The notes under the pieces: generated by a model | What the model saw: only the letters and a program-made list of their open reading frames with translations | What the model was told of the DNA's origin: nothing | Databases searched by the model: none | In this document: in pieces, positions 44,125 through 57,334 of the stretch | Layout of the letters: each line of letters starts with the position of its first letter | How positions within the stretch are numbered: position 1 is the first letter of the stretch | Program-made: the position numbers and the translations under genes | Assembly: GCA_951406725.2 (NCBI GenBank) | Contig: OX597830.1 | Location: forward strand, 74,834,001-74,898,000 | Length of the DNA stretch: 64,000 bases | Direction: 5' to 3' | Source: Octopus vulgaris | Taxonomy: Eukaryota

Positions 44125-45276
44125 TTGTGTATTTTAGGGCCCACATAGTCCAAAATGTGTCCTTTTGTTCTATAAGTCAGAGTGGTGTACTTTAGATAAA
44201 ACCAACTACTATTTCTAATAGTTTAGCACACATTTAGAGGTACTATCATTGGTTTCTATAGTGAAGCATAGTATGGTTCAATATCGTATACTATTGCTCA
44301 GTATACAGTATTATATACAAATATTTCAATGATTAGGTATGTTATCAGAGAATTTACTGCACTCTGACTGGAACATTCAGACTCCGAAACTGAAGTTTAT
44401 TCCGATTTTAATGCCGTTTAGAGTGCAAGCTTCACAAGCTACAGTGAATGTCGTGACAGTATGTATATATAATGTAATATAATATACTATAACATAATTA
44501 TAATATAATATAAATATAATGTAATATAATATAATACAGTATAATATAATATACAATAATAATAATAACAATTATTATTTTTATTATGATAAGCTATAAA
44601 TCTTAAGAAATATGATATTACAGGCTAGCCTGCCTGTTTCTTTTTCTTTTCAATGAATTCTTAGTAATTATATTTGTAATCCCGATTATAGTTCCTATAT
44701 CAGACTCCAAGTAAATTCGGGAACCAGGGAGTTCATGGCTGGATACAATATATTTTACACTATAAATCTGATAAACCATCATATTTATCTTCACGCAATG
44801 CCGTTCACTTAACGTAATACCGTTGAGTTCATGTAATACCGCTGCCTACATGTAATATTTCAACTATTGGTATTTATATGTGTGTGTGCTTTAGTTATTG
44901 GTCCATTCAAGGTGTGTTTATGAGGAAGACTATATTGCACCAGGTCTTGCATTTAAAAATCGCGCAGTCACCTTCGAGAATGTATTCATTATTCTTATTA
45001 ATGCAAAGATGAGAATCACCATATGAGTAAAGTGTATAAAAGAATACACTCAGTAAGGGATAAACTATATGGTTTTATAGAATCATGTGGCTGTTATGCA
45101 CGGTTCTTCTAGCAGGCCCCAGCCAGCAGACAACATAGCGATTGAATACTGAGAAGTATAAAGCAGAGTTGTATGAAGCTGAAAGCCAGGAGTTCCAATC
45201 GAAGAGACAATTTCATGGGGAGTGTATAAACCAAAAGAAAAATAATAGATAATAATGAAACAATAAATAAATAAAT

Positions 45277-45417
45277 AGGACTGGCTGTGTGGTTAGAAGC
45301 TTGCTTCCCAGCCACATAGCTCCGGGTTCAATCTCACTGCGTAGCACCTTGGACACGTGGCTTATACCATAGCTTCGGGCAGACCAGAGTCTTGTGAGTG
45401 GATTTGGTAGACGGAAA
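45277..45417 (+). mobile_element. SINE family A head and body
   Basis: 'tggctgtgtggttagaagcttgcttccc...ccgggttcaatctcactgcg...cttgtgagtggatttggtagacggaaa'. Confidence 0.85.
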
Positions 45418-45430
45418 GTAAAATATATAT

Positions 45431-45640
45431 CACAAATCATTTCAAAATATAACCACATGTGAATCGTTGGCAATTTTCTCCATCAGTCTTCCCTTCTTTA
45501 GGACTTTCCTCTGTTTCCGAAGAAGAGCGTCTCCTCGAAACGTTAAACCATCTTTCTTTGCCTGAGAGTCTGCTAATACATTACATGTACCACGTCCTTG
45601 CGTTGTTATGTCTTTTGTGTTTATTCTTTTTGGGATTTAT
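45431..45640 (+). mobile_element. (TA)n-flanked element with minimal hammerhead motif (45513-45548)
   Basis: GTTT-CCGAAGA-a-GAG-cgtctc-CTC-GAA-ACGT-T-AAAC; same layout as 56491-56690 (-). Confidence 0.55.
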
Positions 45641-45688
45641 TATATATATACATACATACATAAACACACACATACATACATACATTAT

Positions 45689-45730
<42 letters not shown>

Positions 45731-45786
45731 TAGATAGATAGATAGATACATACATACATACATACATACATACATACATACATACA

Positions 45787-45818
<32 letters not shown>

Positions 45819-46620
45819 CATACATACAGGTTTGTGGGTGTTTATCTGAAGTGCTGTGTATATATTATATATGTATTTAAAGGTGCAGATCTACACAAAC
45901 AACATGCAGACACACACAAACTCTCACAAACACGCGTATACGCGCGCTCACTCATGTATATGTGTTCCTGTTTGGTCAGTGTTTGTTCTTGTGTCTGCGT
46001 ACGATTGTATGTTTGTTTGCAAAACAAACATGCGAAAACAAGAAAAGACAAATATTCATTTTCTCCAATGTTTGCAATGAAAAATATCCATTCACAACGA
46101 AGTACCCGAAGAGTTAATCTTGTGAGAGACTTCCAATGCATCTACGCATGCGCGGACACATACACATAAACATGTGCATATGTGTCTTTGTAATGTATAC
46201 TATATTCATATCTCTAGCAAAGATTGTGCGTTATTGCGTACAGAAATATTTATACAATTATGTAGCAATAAATAACATTTATTAATATGGTGACTAAAAA
46301 AATGAAATATAACGAGGTTAGATCTATTGTTAAAATGGTCTAATTACATTAATAGTTATTGATGTCTTTAACATTTATATGACCGTATGAGTGTATAAGT
46401 GTATATGTGCGTCTTTGTTTGGGTGTGTGCTACGGTAAGTGCACGTATATAAATTATAAATATTATATATGTATATATATATATGTATATGTATGCATGT
46501 ATATATATATATATGTATATATGCATAGATATATATGTATATATATGCATAGAAATATATATATATACATACATACACATATGCATGTATGTATTTATAT
46601 ATTTGTACATACATCTATAC

Positions 46621-46654
<34 letters not shown>

Positions 46655-46655
46655 A

Positions 46656-46729
<74 letters not shown>

Positions 46730-47239
46730 CATACATACATACATACATACATACATACACACGTACATAGGTTAGTGTCTGCTTTGAGATATGCAACGCA
46801 ATGAAAGATGAGGCATTGTATACGAATATTCACGCAATTCACAGACAAAACTCCCTTCTGCCTTAGGTTCGAATCGAAAAGCCAATTCCAGAGAGATATA
46901 CACACTATTAATTGACTTCATCATATTGTTCAGCATTTACATTAATATGGATCTTGCGGGTGTATATAGACTTCATTGAGATAGACAGGGAAGAAACCGG
47001 TTACATTTAACCTCCTGATGCTCATGGATTGAATTGATATATATATGTATATATATATATGTGCGTGTGTGTGTGTGTGTGTGTAAGTGCGGGTGAGTGT
47101 GCGTGTGTGTGTATGTGTGTGCACGTACGTATATAAGTGCGTCTGTGTATGAGTGTGTATATATGTGTATATGTGCATGTGTGTGTGAACTTACATACTG
47201 CATATATATCATACAATTCACTTGAAACCAATATCTATG

Positions 47240-47312
<73 letters not shown>

Positions 47313-47383
47313 TTATATATATATATTACAAATGATATGGCATTTATGATTACCACTACTACTGCTGCTGCTACTATTACTAT

Positions 47384-47452
<69 letters not shown>

Positions 47453-48082
47453 TACAAATTAACAGGGTCATCATGATCATAGCTATCATCTTTCGTAATA
47501 TATTTATTTCTTATTCGTACCTTCATCTTTATCACCATCACCATCACCATCATTATCATTATCAATATCAATTAATGCCATATTACCGTGGACAAAATTA
47601 TGATTACTATTATGATTATGATTATTGATCACATTCATATTTTACACATTTCTAATACTGCAGCAACTATCGGCTGATTTTTTCTTGTTATTTTCGTTAT
47701 TGTTAATACTCTTGCCGTTGTTTTTCCGCCATTTTTCATTCTAAAAACTAAAATGAACAAACGATACACCTTATTTTATATTGCTTTATTTTTGTAATTA
47801 TTGCTAGCAGAAAGTCACTAATTTAGAACTACAATCAGCGTTGTTTATTTATTATTGTTCAATGTTTTTGTAGTGTTTTTCTTATTGTCTTGTTTTTGTT
47901 ATCATTTATTCTTTATTAGTTTTTTTTGTCAAACAAATCTTTTTCTCCATATTAATGGTCTCCCCTTGTTAACAAACAATGTTTTCCTTCCTTTGTTGTT
48001 GTTTAAATTTTTTTCTTCAATAATAATTATTTTTTTGTTATTCTAGAATAGTAATTTGTTTCGGTCGCTTGAAAGGTTTTTA

Positions 48083-48153
<71 letters not shown>

Positions 48154-48163
48154 GTTGCTGTTA

Positions 48164-48194
<31 letters not shown>

Positions 48195-48201
48195 CATCAT
48201 C

Positions 48202-48257
<56 letters not shown>

Positions 48258-48260
48258 TAT
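48083..48260. repeat. (ATT)n(ATC)n microsatellite
   Basis: Directly visible. Confidence 0.95.
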
Positions 48261-49614
48261 CACTTCAGTTTTATTATGATTATAAGTTTTTTTTTCGTCT
48301 TCTAATCTTGAATCTTCCAATCTTTATTTATTTATTTATATGTTTTTCATTATGAGCTATTCATTAAAATAAAACATCAATTACTCGGCAATTATCAGTC
48401 TTTTAAAATGAATAAATTATACAATGGATTTCCCAGTTATTTCCCTTTTGTATCTTACACTTTTTTTCTCGTGAAAAAGGTCGTGTTACATTGGATATTA
48501 ACACAGTTTAGAAGATGCTAAATAGCTACTAGACATCTCCCTTTATTTGTGTATCACAATCAAATACTCATATATACTAATACGTATTCGTCCACACTCA
48601 TGCTTTCATACGATTGCACATATAATATCACTATATCTGCTACATCTGCTTCTGCATAAAACAGCCATCTATTTAAAGTTTTAGCTGCTCAACTTCAAAT
48701 GCTAACAAAACTCGATAATTATAGTTATTATATTTCTTCGTATTGTAAGGCTTTAATCTATATTCAACACAGGAATAGTAGACGTAAAGATGAGTGTTGG
48801 TATCTCGGTTTATTTTAAATATGAATTATTGTCGTCGGTACCTTTCGGCAAAGCAGACCGGTTTGCCTTCTGCAAAGACGTAGACTACTTGAAGAGGGAG
48901 CTGAAGCAATATAATTTCTAGCGTCTTACATCACAACATGCTTTGCGTACGCATCATCAGATTAACGGTACACTATCAAATACATTGCACAACATTACAC
49001 CACGAAAGACAAAAGTCCAAATTATCACACACCAACCCTTTAAATCATACAAATCATAATTTGAGAGTACGCCAGCATATATGTAATCACACTACAACAC
49101 CAAGTTGAGCATAACAGTATACGTATATAATTTCATTGGAATCGAGCGTGTTTATCATCATCACTACATCCTGCCAGCATATATTATTATAACACACCAT
49201 CATATAAGCACATCATCGAAACATCACAATAGATATACTGTCACGACGGAGCATAGCATAGATGATATCACAATAATATAAGGTACCATCGTACATCACA
49301 CCAAGATATAAAACGTCATATCACAGCTTGATAACATACACATTTAGTGTACACAAAGAAACATGTGCACACTTCATGCTAGGTTTTTTTTAGGGGCCCA
49401 CAACAAGCATTTTTATATCAAATAGGAAAAAGCAAACTAGATGAATGTGAAGTTTCCATAAACTTTACTATGTTTCTTTCATCAGTCAGCTATTTTTATT
49501 CAGATTATTCCACTGACGAAACAGATGCTTGTGAAAATTTTAAATTTAATCCGTTTGGTTTCGAATGCCGAAAAGAAAATACAAACACGCAAATACAAAA
49601 AGAAGCCATATTCT

Positions 49615-50062
49615 ATTATTCTTGTACTTGTTTCACTCAATAGACTGCGGCCTTGCTGGAACACCGCCTTAAAGATTTTCAGTCGAATAAATCGCCCCAG
49701 GACTTACGTCTTAAGACTAGTATATATTCTGTCGGTCTCTTTATCTGGCTTTCACCGTCAAATGATTTAGATACGGCGATCTCCTTTCTTTTTTTCTTAT
49801 AAATTATCAAGCAGTGATGGGATGACAAACACAGACACAAAGACACTTACAACCTCCCACACACACACACGCACACGCATACACACACACACACAAATAT
49901 ATATATAAAACGAGCTTCTTTCATTTTCCGTCTAGCAAGTCAATTTACAAAGCTTTGGTCGGCCCAAGGCTATACATTACACTTATCGAAGGTACACGCA
50001 GTGGGACTGAACATGAAACCATAGAGTTGGGAAGTAAGCCTCTCACTACGCAGCCGCACCAG
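49615..50062 (-). mobile_element. SINE family A interrupted by a ~64-bp foreign segment (49743-49806)
   Basis: Tail at 49615-49742 ('gactgcggccttgctggaacaccgcc'); resumes at 'tcaagcagtgatggg...acaaacacagacac' and runs to the head 'cgcagtgggactgaac...cgcagccgcacc'. Confidence 0.8.
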
Positions 50063-50440
50063 GATATTATATTCATTATATTCATTATATTCATATTATA
50101 TTCATTATATTCATATTATATTCATATTTCATAATTGGTTATTCCCCATTCGTCTGGAATTAATAACCTTCTTTCAAATTCATTACGGTATTGATACAGA
50201 GATGAACGTGACATGTTGTTGCTAGTATTTCTAGAAGGTGGCAACGTACCGGGAGAAGTATAGTGTAATTTATATATAACAAAAAAAAGGAGATCGCCGG
50301 ATCTAAATCATTTGACGGTAAAAGCCAGATCCCTTCTCAAGTGAATATGTTGTGTTATGTAGCTGTCTGTGTTGCCTACTTCGCAATTTGCTTGTATGTA
50401 TGTATGTATGTATGTATGTATGCCTGTATACATACAAACG

Positions 50441-50551
<111 letters not shown>

Positions 50552-50639
50552 TCAGATATAGATAGCGCGCTAGGTAGATAAGAATGGATATATAAATCAC
50601 ACACATAAACATATAAATACCTACATATACACTCGTAAT

Positions 50640-50719
<80 letters not shown>

Positions 50720-51967
50720 GTGTGCGTGTGTGTATATATATGGGTGTATATATGTGTTTATGAATGTATGGTTGTGTATGCGTGTGCATGTGTATATATG
50801 TGTGCGTATGTATGTATATATGTATCTAGGTATCTATGTATGTATTTAGTATATAACAGTCTTCACGCGGAACTAAACATATAAACCGAAGTAGGAAATA
50901 AAGTATAAAAAGTATACATCGGCTGATTAGGTTTTGTATCCATTGTGTAGTCTTTTATTTCAGCATGGCATCCGTTTTTTATTAAGCTAATGCTGTATTA
51001 TGGATTAAAGATCATCTAAGTCAGAACAGCATGAAGAGTGGGGTAGAAACGGAGGGAATAAGCTGATAAATCAGCAAAGAGCACTATTCAATAAATGTCC
51101 ATGCTGCACACGAGTATTAACGCTGCTAGAAATAATAAATACAGCTAACATAGAAAAAGTATTATGGACAATCAGTTACATATACTCACACGCATTCAGT
51201 ATTTGTGTCTATGCGTGCATGCATAGATACATACATACATACATACATATATATACACATACATGCAAATAGATGTATATATACACACACGCACACACAT
51301 ATATATGCGTATACATATATATGCGTGTAGCTACATATGCTGTATGTTTGTAGCTACATATGCTCTATGTGCGTGTATGTATATGAATATATTTGTGTGT
51401 AAGTGTGTGTCGCTCTCTTTTCGTGTACATGTGTTTGTATCTCTGTGTGATCATACCCTGAGTGATACACGAACAATACGTGGGATACGTGTATGTGCAT
51501 GTTCTTGTAAGTATTCGTACATATGTGTGAATAAGTGACCGAGAAATACTAAGAAGATCAGGACTCTCCTGCTTACTGAGTCAGTTCTTGTGCAGCAGGA
51601 GGAAGAAGTGACTTGTGCATTTGATCAGCATGGATCACATGCCCTAGTCGCTTGTATACCAGAGTTTTGCTGCTTTCTTCAGGCAGATCGATTGATCATA
51701 CAGAAGCACTATTGTTCCGTCAACGTATATTTAATACAAGGCAATATACACGCACACGAGCGTGTTTATGTATTATTTATTAGCTGAGAATCTATAGCTG
51801 TGATTCAAGGTCGTTCACATAGGAAGCATAGTACATGTGCACGAAACACTTCGGCTAGGGAGAAACTTAACATCCTTGAGTCATTCAGCAAACCTTGTTG
51901 GTTATATCTGGTCATATCGTTCGTCCAGCATCAACTCATGGCGCCGTTGTGTTACTGATTAAATTTT

Positions 51968-52176
51968 GGAACTTGGCTGTGTAGTAGGAAACTTGCTTAT
52001 CAACCACACACTTCCGGGTTCAGACCCAATGCGTGGTAGCTTGGGCATGTTTTGTACTATTGCCTTGGGTTAGCAAAAGATTTCGATAGAATAAGTACCC
52101 AGCTTAAAACAAATATACTAGCGTCGATTCATTCGACTAAGAATACTTCAAGGCGGTACCCCAATATGGCCGCAGT
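51968..52176 (+). mobile_element. SINE family A, internally deleted
   Basis: Head 'tggctgtgtagtaggaaacttgcttatcaaccacac...ccgggttcagaccc' joined to tail 'cgatagaataagtacc...aaggcggtaccccaatatggccgcagt'. Confidence 0.75.
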
Positions 52177-52634
52177 TTCTCTATATCGAACCATTCAACT
52201 TTTTTGCTAACCTTACTAATATATACTATTATTAGAAGAATCATTCACACAACAGGGGTTTTTTTTTTCTATAATAGGAAAACAGTAGATAATTCATAAT
52301 ATGGTCTGTACCACTGTGAAACAAAATGTACCCCACATTAGGTGCCAATTTCAATTTTGTATCACTGGTTTGTCCAAATCCAATATGGAGGCGATTAACA
52401 TATTTCCACTCGCTCCATGTAGTAGACTACGACAATTTCTATAAATTTTCTGCTGATTGTAATTGCCTGGTTATCCGTAATTGCTGGTTTATCTATCATT
52501 ATGCGAAAAACAGATATAATGAAACTTAGCATTACAATTCATTTTCTTAATGTATTTTTGCTGATTGACTATGTATACATATTTCCTTCTCGTATTTGAT
52601 TTACATGATTCCTGATGAGAATTTATATATACAC

Positions 52635-52974
52635 TTTTACTCTTTTATTGCTTCAGTCATTTGACTGCGGCCATGCTGGAGCACCGCCTTTAGTCGAGCA
52701 AATTGACCCCAGGACTTATTCTTTGTAAGCCTAGTTCTTATTATATCGGTCTCTTTCGCCGAACCGGTAAGTGACGGGGACGTAAACACACCGATACATA
52801 TATATATATACAACGGGCGTCTTTCAGTTTCCTTCTACCAAATCCACTCACAAGGCGTTGGTCGGCCCGAGGCTATAGTAGAAGACACTTGTCCAAGATG
52901 CCACGCAGTGTGACTGAACTCGGAGCCATGTGGTTGGTAAGCAACCTACTTACCACACAGCCACTCCTGCACCT
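52635..52974 (-). mobile_element. Best-preserved SINE family A copy
   Basis: Minus strand 'aggtgcaggagtggctgtgtggtaagtaggttgcttaccaaccacatggctccgagttcagtc...', internal (TA)n, tail '...aaggcggtgctccagcatggccgcagtcaaatgactgaagcaataaaagagtaaaa'. Confidence 0.92.
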
Positions 52975-53882
52975 ATGTGTTAAAATAGGTTTTTTTGTAT
53001 CTTGGGAGGGTCATTATGCCAATAATAAACACCCCTACTGCTTTCTTTTCTCTTCTTTTAAAACTATTAATCAATTAGTTACCAATTTAACTAACTAATT
53101 AATCAATTACTTGATAAATCGTTCGATCAATCAATCAATCAATCGGTTAGGTTTGTTAAAACTTCGTTGCAATTCGCGACCTGTTGCGTATATGCGTGTG
53201 CGTGCGATATTTCGCAGTTGTTGCTGTTATTTAGATCAAGATCAAACCAAGTGCAACAGATTCATGATTATTACAATTTCAACCGCATTCATCTTGCTTT
53301 TACTTCAGGACGTCGAGAATACAAAGCGATACAATATGCAGTCTTTTGCTTTCACTTTCACTTTACGAGGATTGGCAGTTATTTGACGGAGCTTTGACTG
53401 TTTGTTGTCATAGATCAGTGGTCGCTTGGTGACACGCTTCGTTGTGTAGCATGGTGGGGAGTACCATCAGTCATCTGTCAATGTAACAAATATAGCCATC
53501 ACGTAAGTGTCTAGACCAGGTAAAATATGCAGATTTCGTAAGCCCACGTCAAACTGAACAATTAACTGACAAGAAGATTGCATGATCCATGTTTATTACA
53601 TTTACAAGCTAATCAGTACAGGTATAAATATTAGGCATGTCTACCTGCTTGACAACCTGGGAAACTATACATACATACATACATACATACATACATACAT
53701 ACATACATACATGCATACATATACTCTCTCTCACACACACTCACACACACACACATATTATCCCTGAAAGGGGCGAATGCGCTATATAAGTACTTTTTAT
53801 TCAAATCCTGACTACTTTTTCTTAATATAAATATGTGTGTGCGCGTTTGTATGTGTGTATATATATATATATATATACATAT

Positions 53883-54268
<386 letters not shown>

Positions 54269-55054
54269 GTGTGTGTGTACACATCATCGTGCAAATAGTA
54301 CCTGTGTTTATTCACAGAGAAAGATTAATCGCGTATTTATTAAAAGTACCAAAGGAACTTCATTGCAAAGCTCACGATACTTACACACATTCATGCACAC
54401 GCATGCGTCAGAGTGTTTTTTCATGTAACAAATATATATCACACCCAACGTGCTTTCATAAATGTATTCACGTGGACACTGATAACGCACCGTGTGTGGG
54501 AAGAGTTGATAATATATTTGCTTCCTAACAAACTGTGAACCCTTTACCTCATATAACAAGTGTGCATGGGACACACTTCAAGGTTTACAGAACAAGCATT
54601 TTTGCACACATGCACTATCTGCCCTTTCCCTTTATTTCTCTGTTTTGTGGCTCTAATTGTTTTTCCTATTCTTCCACCTACTTTCCTTTTTTACTCTCAT
54701 TTTTTCCGTTTTTCCTTCTCTTTTTCTCAAGCTCAGCCTCTGTGCAAACACACACAAATGTATATAAATGCATGTATATATCATATATAATATGAAAAAA
54801 GACATAATATATGTACATGTGTGTGTGTGTGAGCGTTTATGTATGTATGTGTGTGTGTTCATTTTGTTTAAATTTCATGTAGATCCTCTCAAAAATAACT
54901 GTGCCAGGAAAGTAATTATTATTGTTAAAATAGTTGACAGTAAGATTCCGTTAGTGTGCAATGCGCAGATACTTGCAACAAGAAGCGATGTACGCGGAAA
55001 TCACGTGAATCAGTTCTTCATGGTTCTCTTCTGCTAACGGTATATGCGTTTAGG

Positions 55055-55337
55055 AAATTCCACCGTGATCGACTTTGCCTTTCATTCTTTCGGGATCGAT
55101 TAGATAAGTACCAGTTACGCACTGGGGTCGATGTAATCGACTTAAATCTCTTTGTCTGTCCTTGCTTGTCCCCTCTGTGTTTACCCCTTGTGGACAATAA
55201 AAAAATAGATATATGTATGTATGATATTTTGCCTTCATCCTTTCGGGGTCGATTAAATAAGTACCAGTCAGGTACTGGGGTCGATGTAATCGACTTAAGC
55301 CCTCCCGCAAGCTGCCCCTGTGGCAAAAATTTGAATC
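55055..55337 (+). mobile_element. Two tandem 5'-truncated family-B SINEs with different tails (55055-55212 tail 1; 55228-55337 tail 2)
   Basis: Both share 'tcgatta(g/a)ataagtaccagt...actggggtcgatgtaatcgacttaa' and then diverge. Confidence 0.88.
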
Positions 55338-56064
55338 GATATATGTGTGTGTTCTCTTAGTACCACCGTACGTCTATATGAGAGGGTCTGTAAAGGCACA
55401 TCCTGTAGTATTTGGCTTTATAGCACAACATCCACGTAAGGCAGTATACAAAATGTTGGAATATATCATCATCACCTCTCATCATCATCATCATCATCAT
55501 CATCATTATCATCAATATTATTAAATATGCTTACCTACTGGATGGGCTTGGATCCCCGTCCTTAGGTGATTAGTAGAACTCATAGGTACATAATTCATTT
55601 TCTAAATCCAGGTCATCATTGGCAAGCAGAATTGTTGTGATCGAAGGTGTTCCAGAATAAGTCATCGGATGCGATTCGCCACTTCCAAGGAAAAAAGCTT
55701 TGACTTGAATATCTAACTTCTCTTTCTCGCAGCTTATTCCTCCTAACAGAGTCTACGTCTTGGCCCATTAGCTATATATGAAATAACTGCAGAGAATAAA
55801 TAAATAAATGAATAAATAAATAATAGATTTATAAATAAAATATAAGAAATACGGAAAAAAATATCACTAAAACACCGTTATCATATGGAAATTATGGTTT
55901 CAAACTATGCACCATTATTTAAACGATTATTGGTAATCCAAATTGTCAGCAATGGAGAGCATTTCTATGACACCTAACTATTAAATGTAGCATATTTTAA
56001 AATAATAAATCGGTCTCCTGTAACATTCAGTTAAGCAGGCGCAGGCTAGTTTGGAATCTTCTTA

Positions 56065-56443
56065 TATCTTTAACTTGCTTTATTTATTGCACAGAGGCCA
56101 CGCTGGGGCATAGATCTGAATGGAATTAAATCGAACGAATCGACCGTAGTACTTGTTTGTCTTTATAGTTCGGTACTTATTTTATCCGATTCTGACGAAC
56201 TGCTAGCTTTCGGGGATGTAAACACACCAATACTGGTTGTCAAGCTGTAGCAAGGGACAATTACAGACACACACACACATATATGCACAACCTGTTTCTT
56301 TCAGTGTCTGTCTACAAAATCCAGTGACAGATCGGCCCAAGCCTAGAGTAGTAGACATTTGCCCAAAGTGGTACACAGCGCGACCGAACCCTGAAACATA
56401 TGCTTTGCAAATGAACTTCTTACCATAGAACTACACCTTCGCT
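56065..56443 (-). mobile_element. Degenerate near full-length SINE family A
   Basis: Collinear with 52635-52974, e.g. 'cggggatgtaaacacaccaatactggttgtcaagc' and 'gtagacatttgcccaaagtg'. Confidence 0.7.
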
Positions 56444-56490
56444 AACACACACACACACACACATACATACATATATACACACACATATAT

Positions 56491-56690
56491 ATAAAGTTGA
56501 AATTTACAGAAAAACACAAAACACGAAGATAGGAGTATGAACAACAAGCAGGTGTATTACTGTTACACACGAGAAAGTGAGAAAGTCTTTTATATTTCGA
56601 GCCTGCGCTCTTCAACAGAAAGGAATAAGAGAAAATAAACAGAGAAAGAATAAAATTCTTACAGATTTAGCGATCAAGCATGGCGACTCT
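56491..56690 (-). mobile_element. Microsatellite-flanked element with minimal hammerhead motif (56587-56622)
   Basis: Minus strand CTTT-CTGTTGA-a-GAGC-gcag-GCTC-GAA-ATAT-A-AAAG: perfect stems I and II, palindromic stem III. Confidence 0.62.
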
Positions 56691-56713
56691 CTGTGTGTAT
56701 ATATCTATATCTA

Positions 56714-56760
<47 letters not shown>

Positions 56761-57286
56761 ATATATATATATATATATACATATACACAGCAAGAAAGGT
56801 GAAGAGAGGGATGGAGAGAGGAGAGAGAGAGTTGCATTGAAACACATAGGCATGTAACCACGCAATCAAGCGTCTGTATCTCTATTTATTTCCCCACCCT
56901 GCCTCTCTGTCTCTCTGAGTCTGCGTAATAAATTTCATTTAGTAAGAATATGTATTAGTTTTGTCAATAAAGGTACTCAATACAGAGGCAATGTTAAATT
57001 TCTATATATTTGATATAACTGATGATTAGGAATACAGATAGCCATCTTGTAAATGGCGTTTATATCGAAAATAAATATGTAACTGCGTCTACATAAAATT
57101 GCTATATATTTGTGTGTATGTGTGTGTGTGTGTGTGTGTGTGCTTCTGTGTGTATGTGTAAGCATGCATATATATGTGTATATACATATACATAGATATA
57201 TATATATATATATATACCCGCACATATATACACACATATATATGTATGTCTATATATATATGTATATTTAGGGCTAAATATATATA

Positions 57287-57334
<48 letters not shown>

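Noticed and set aside
49445-49540. CTGATGA (minus) and CTGACGA (plus), each followed by a GAAA
   Set aside because: No convincing stem I closure in either orientation.
49743-50330. MITE with ~65-bp TIRs
   Set aside because: A SINE spans the left arm only, which is inconsistent with a simple MITE insertion; no TSD seen.
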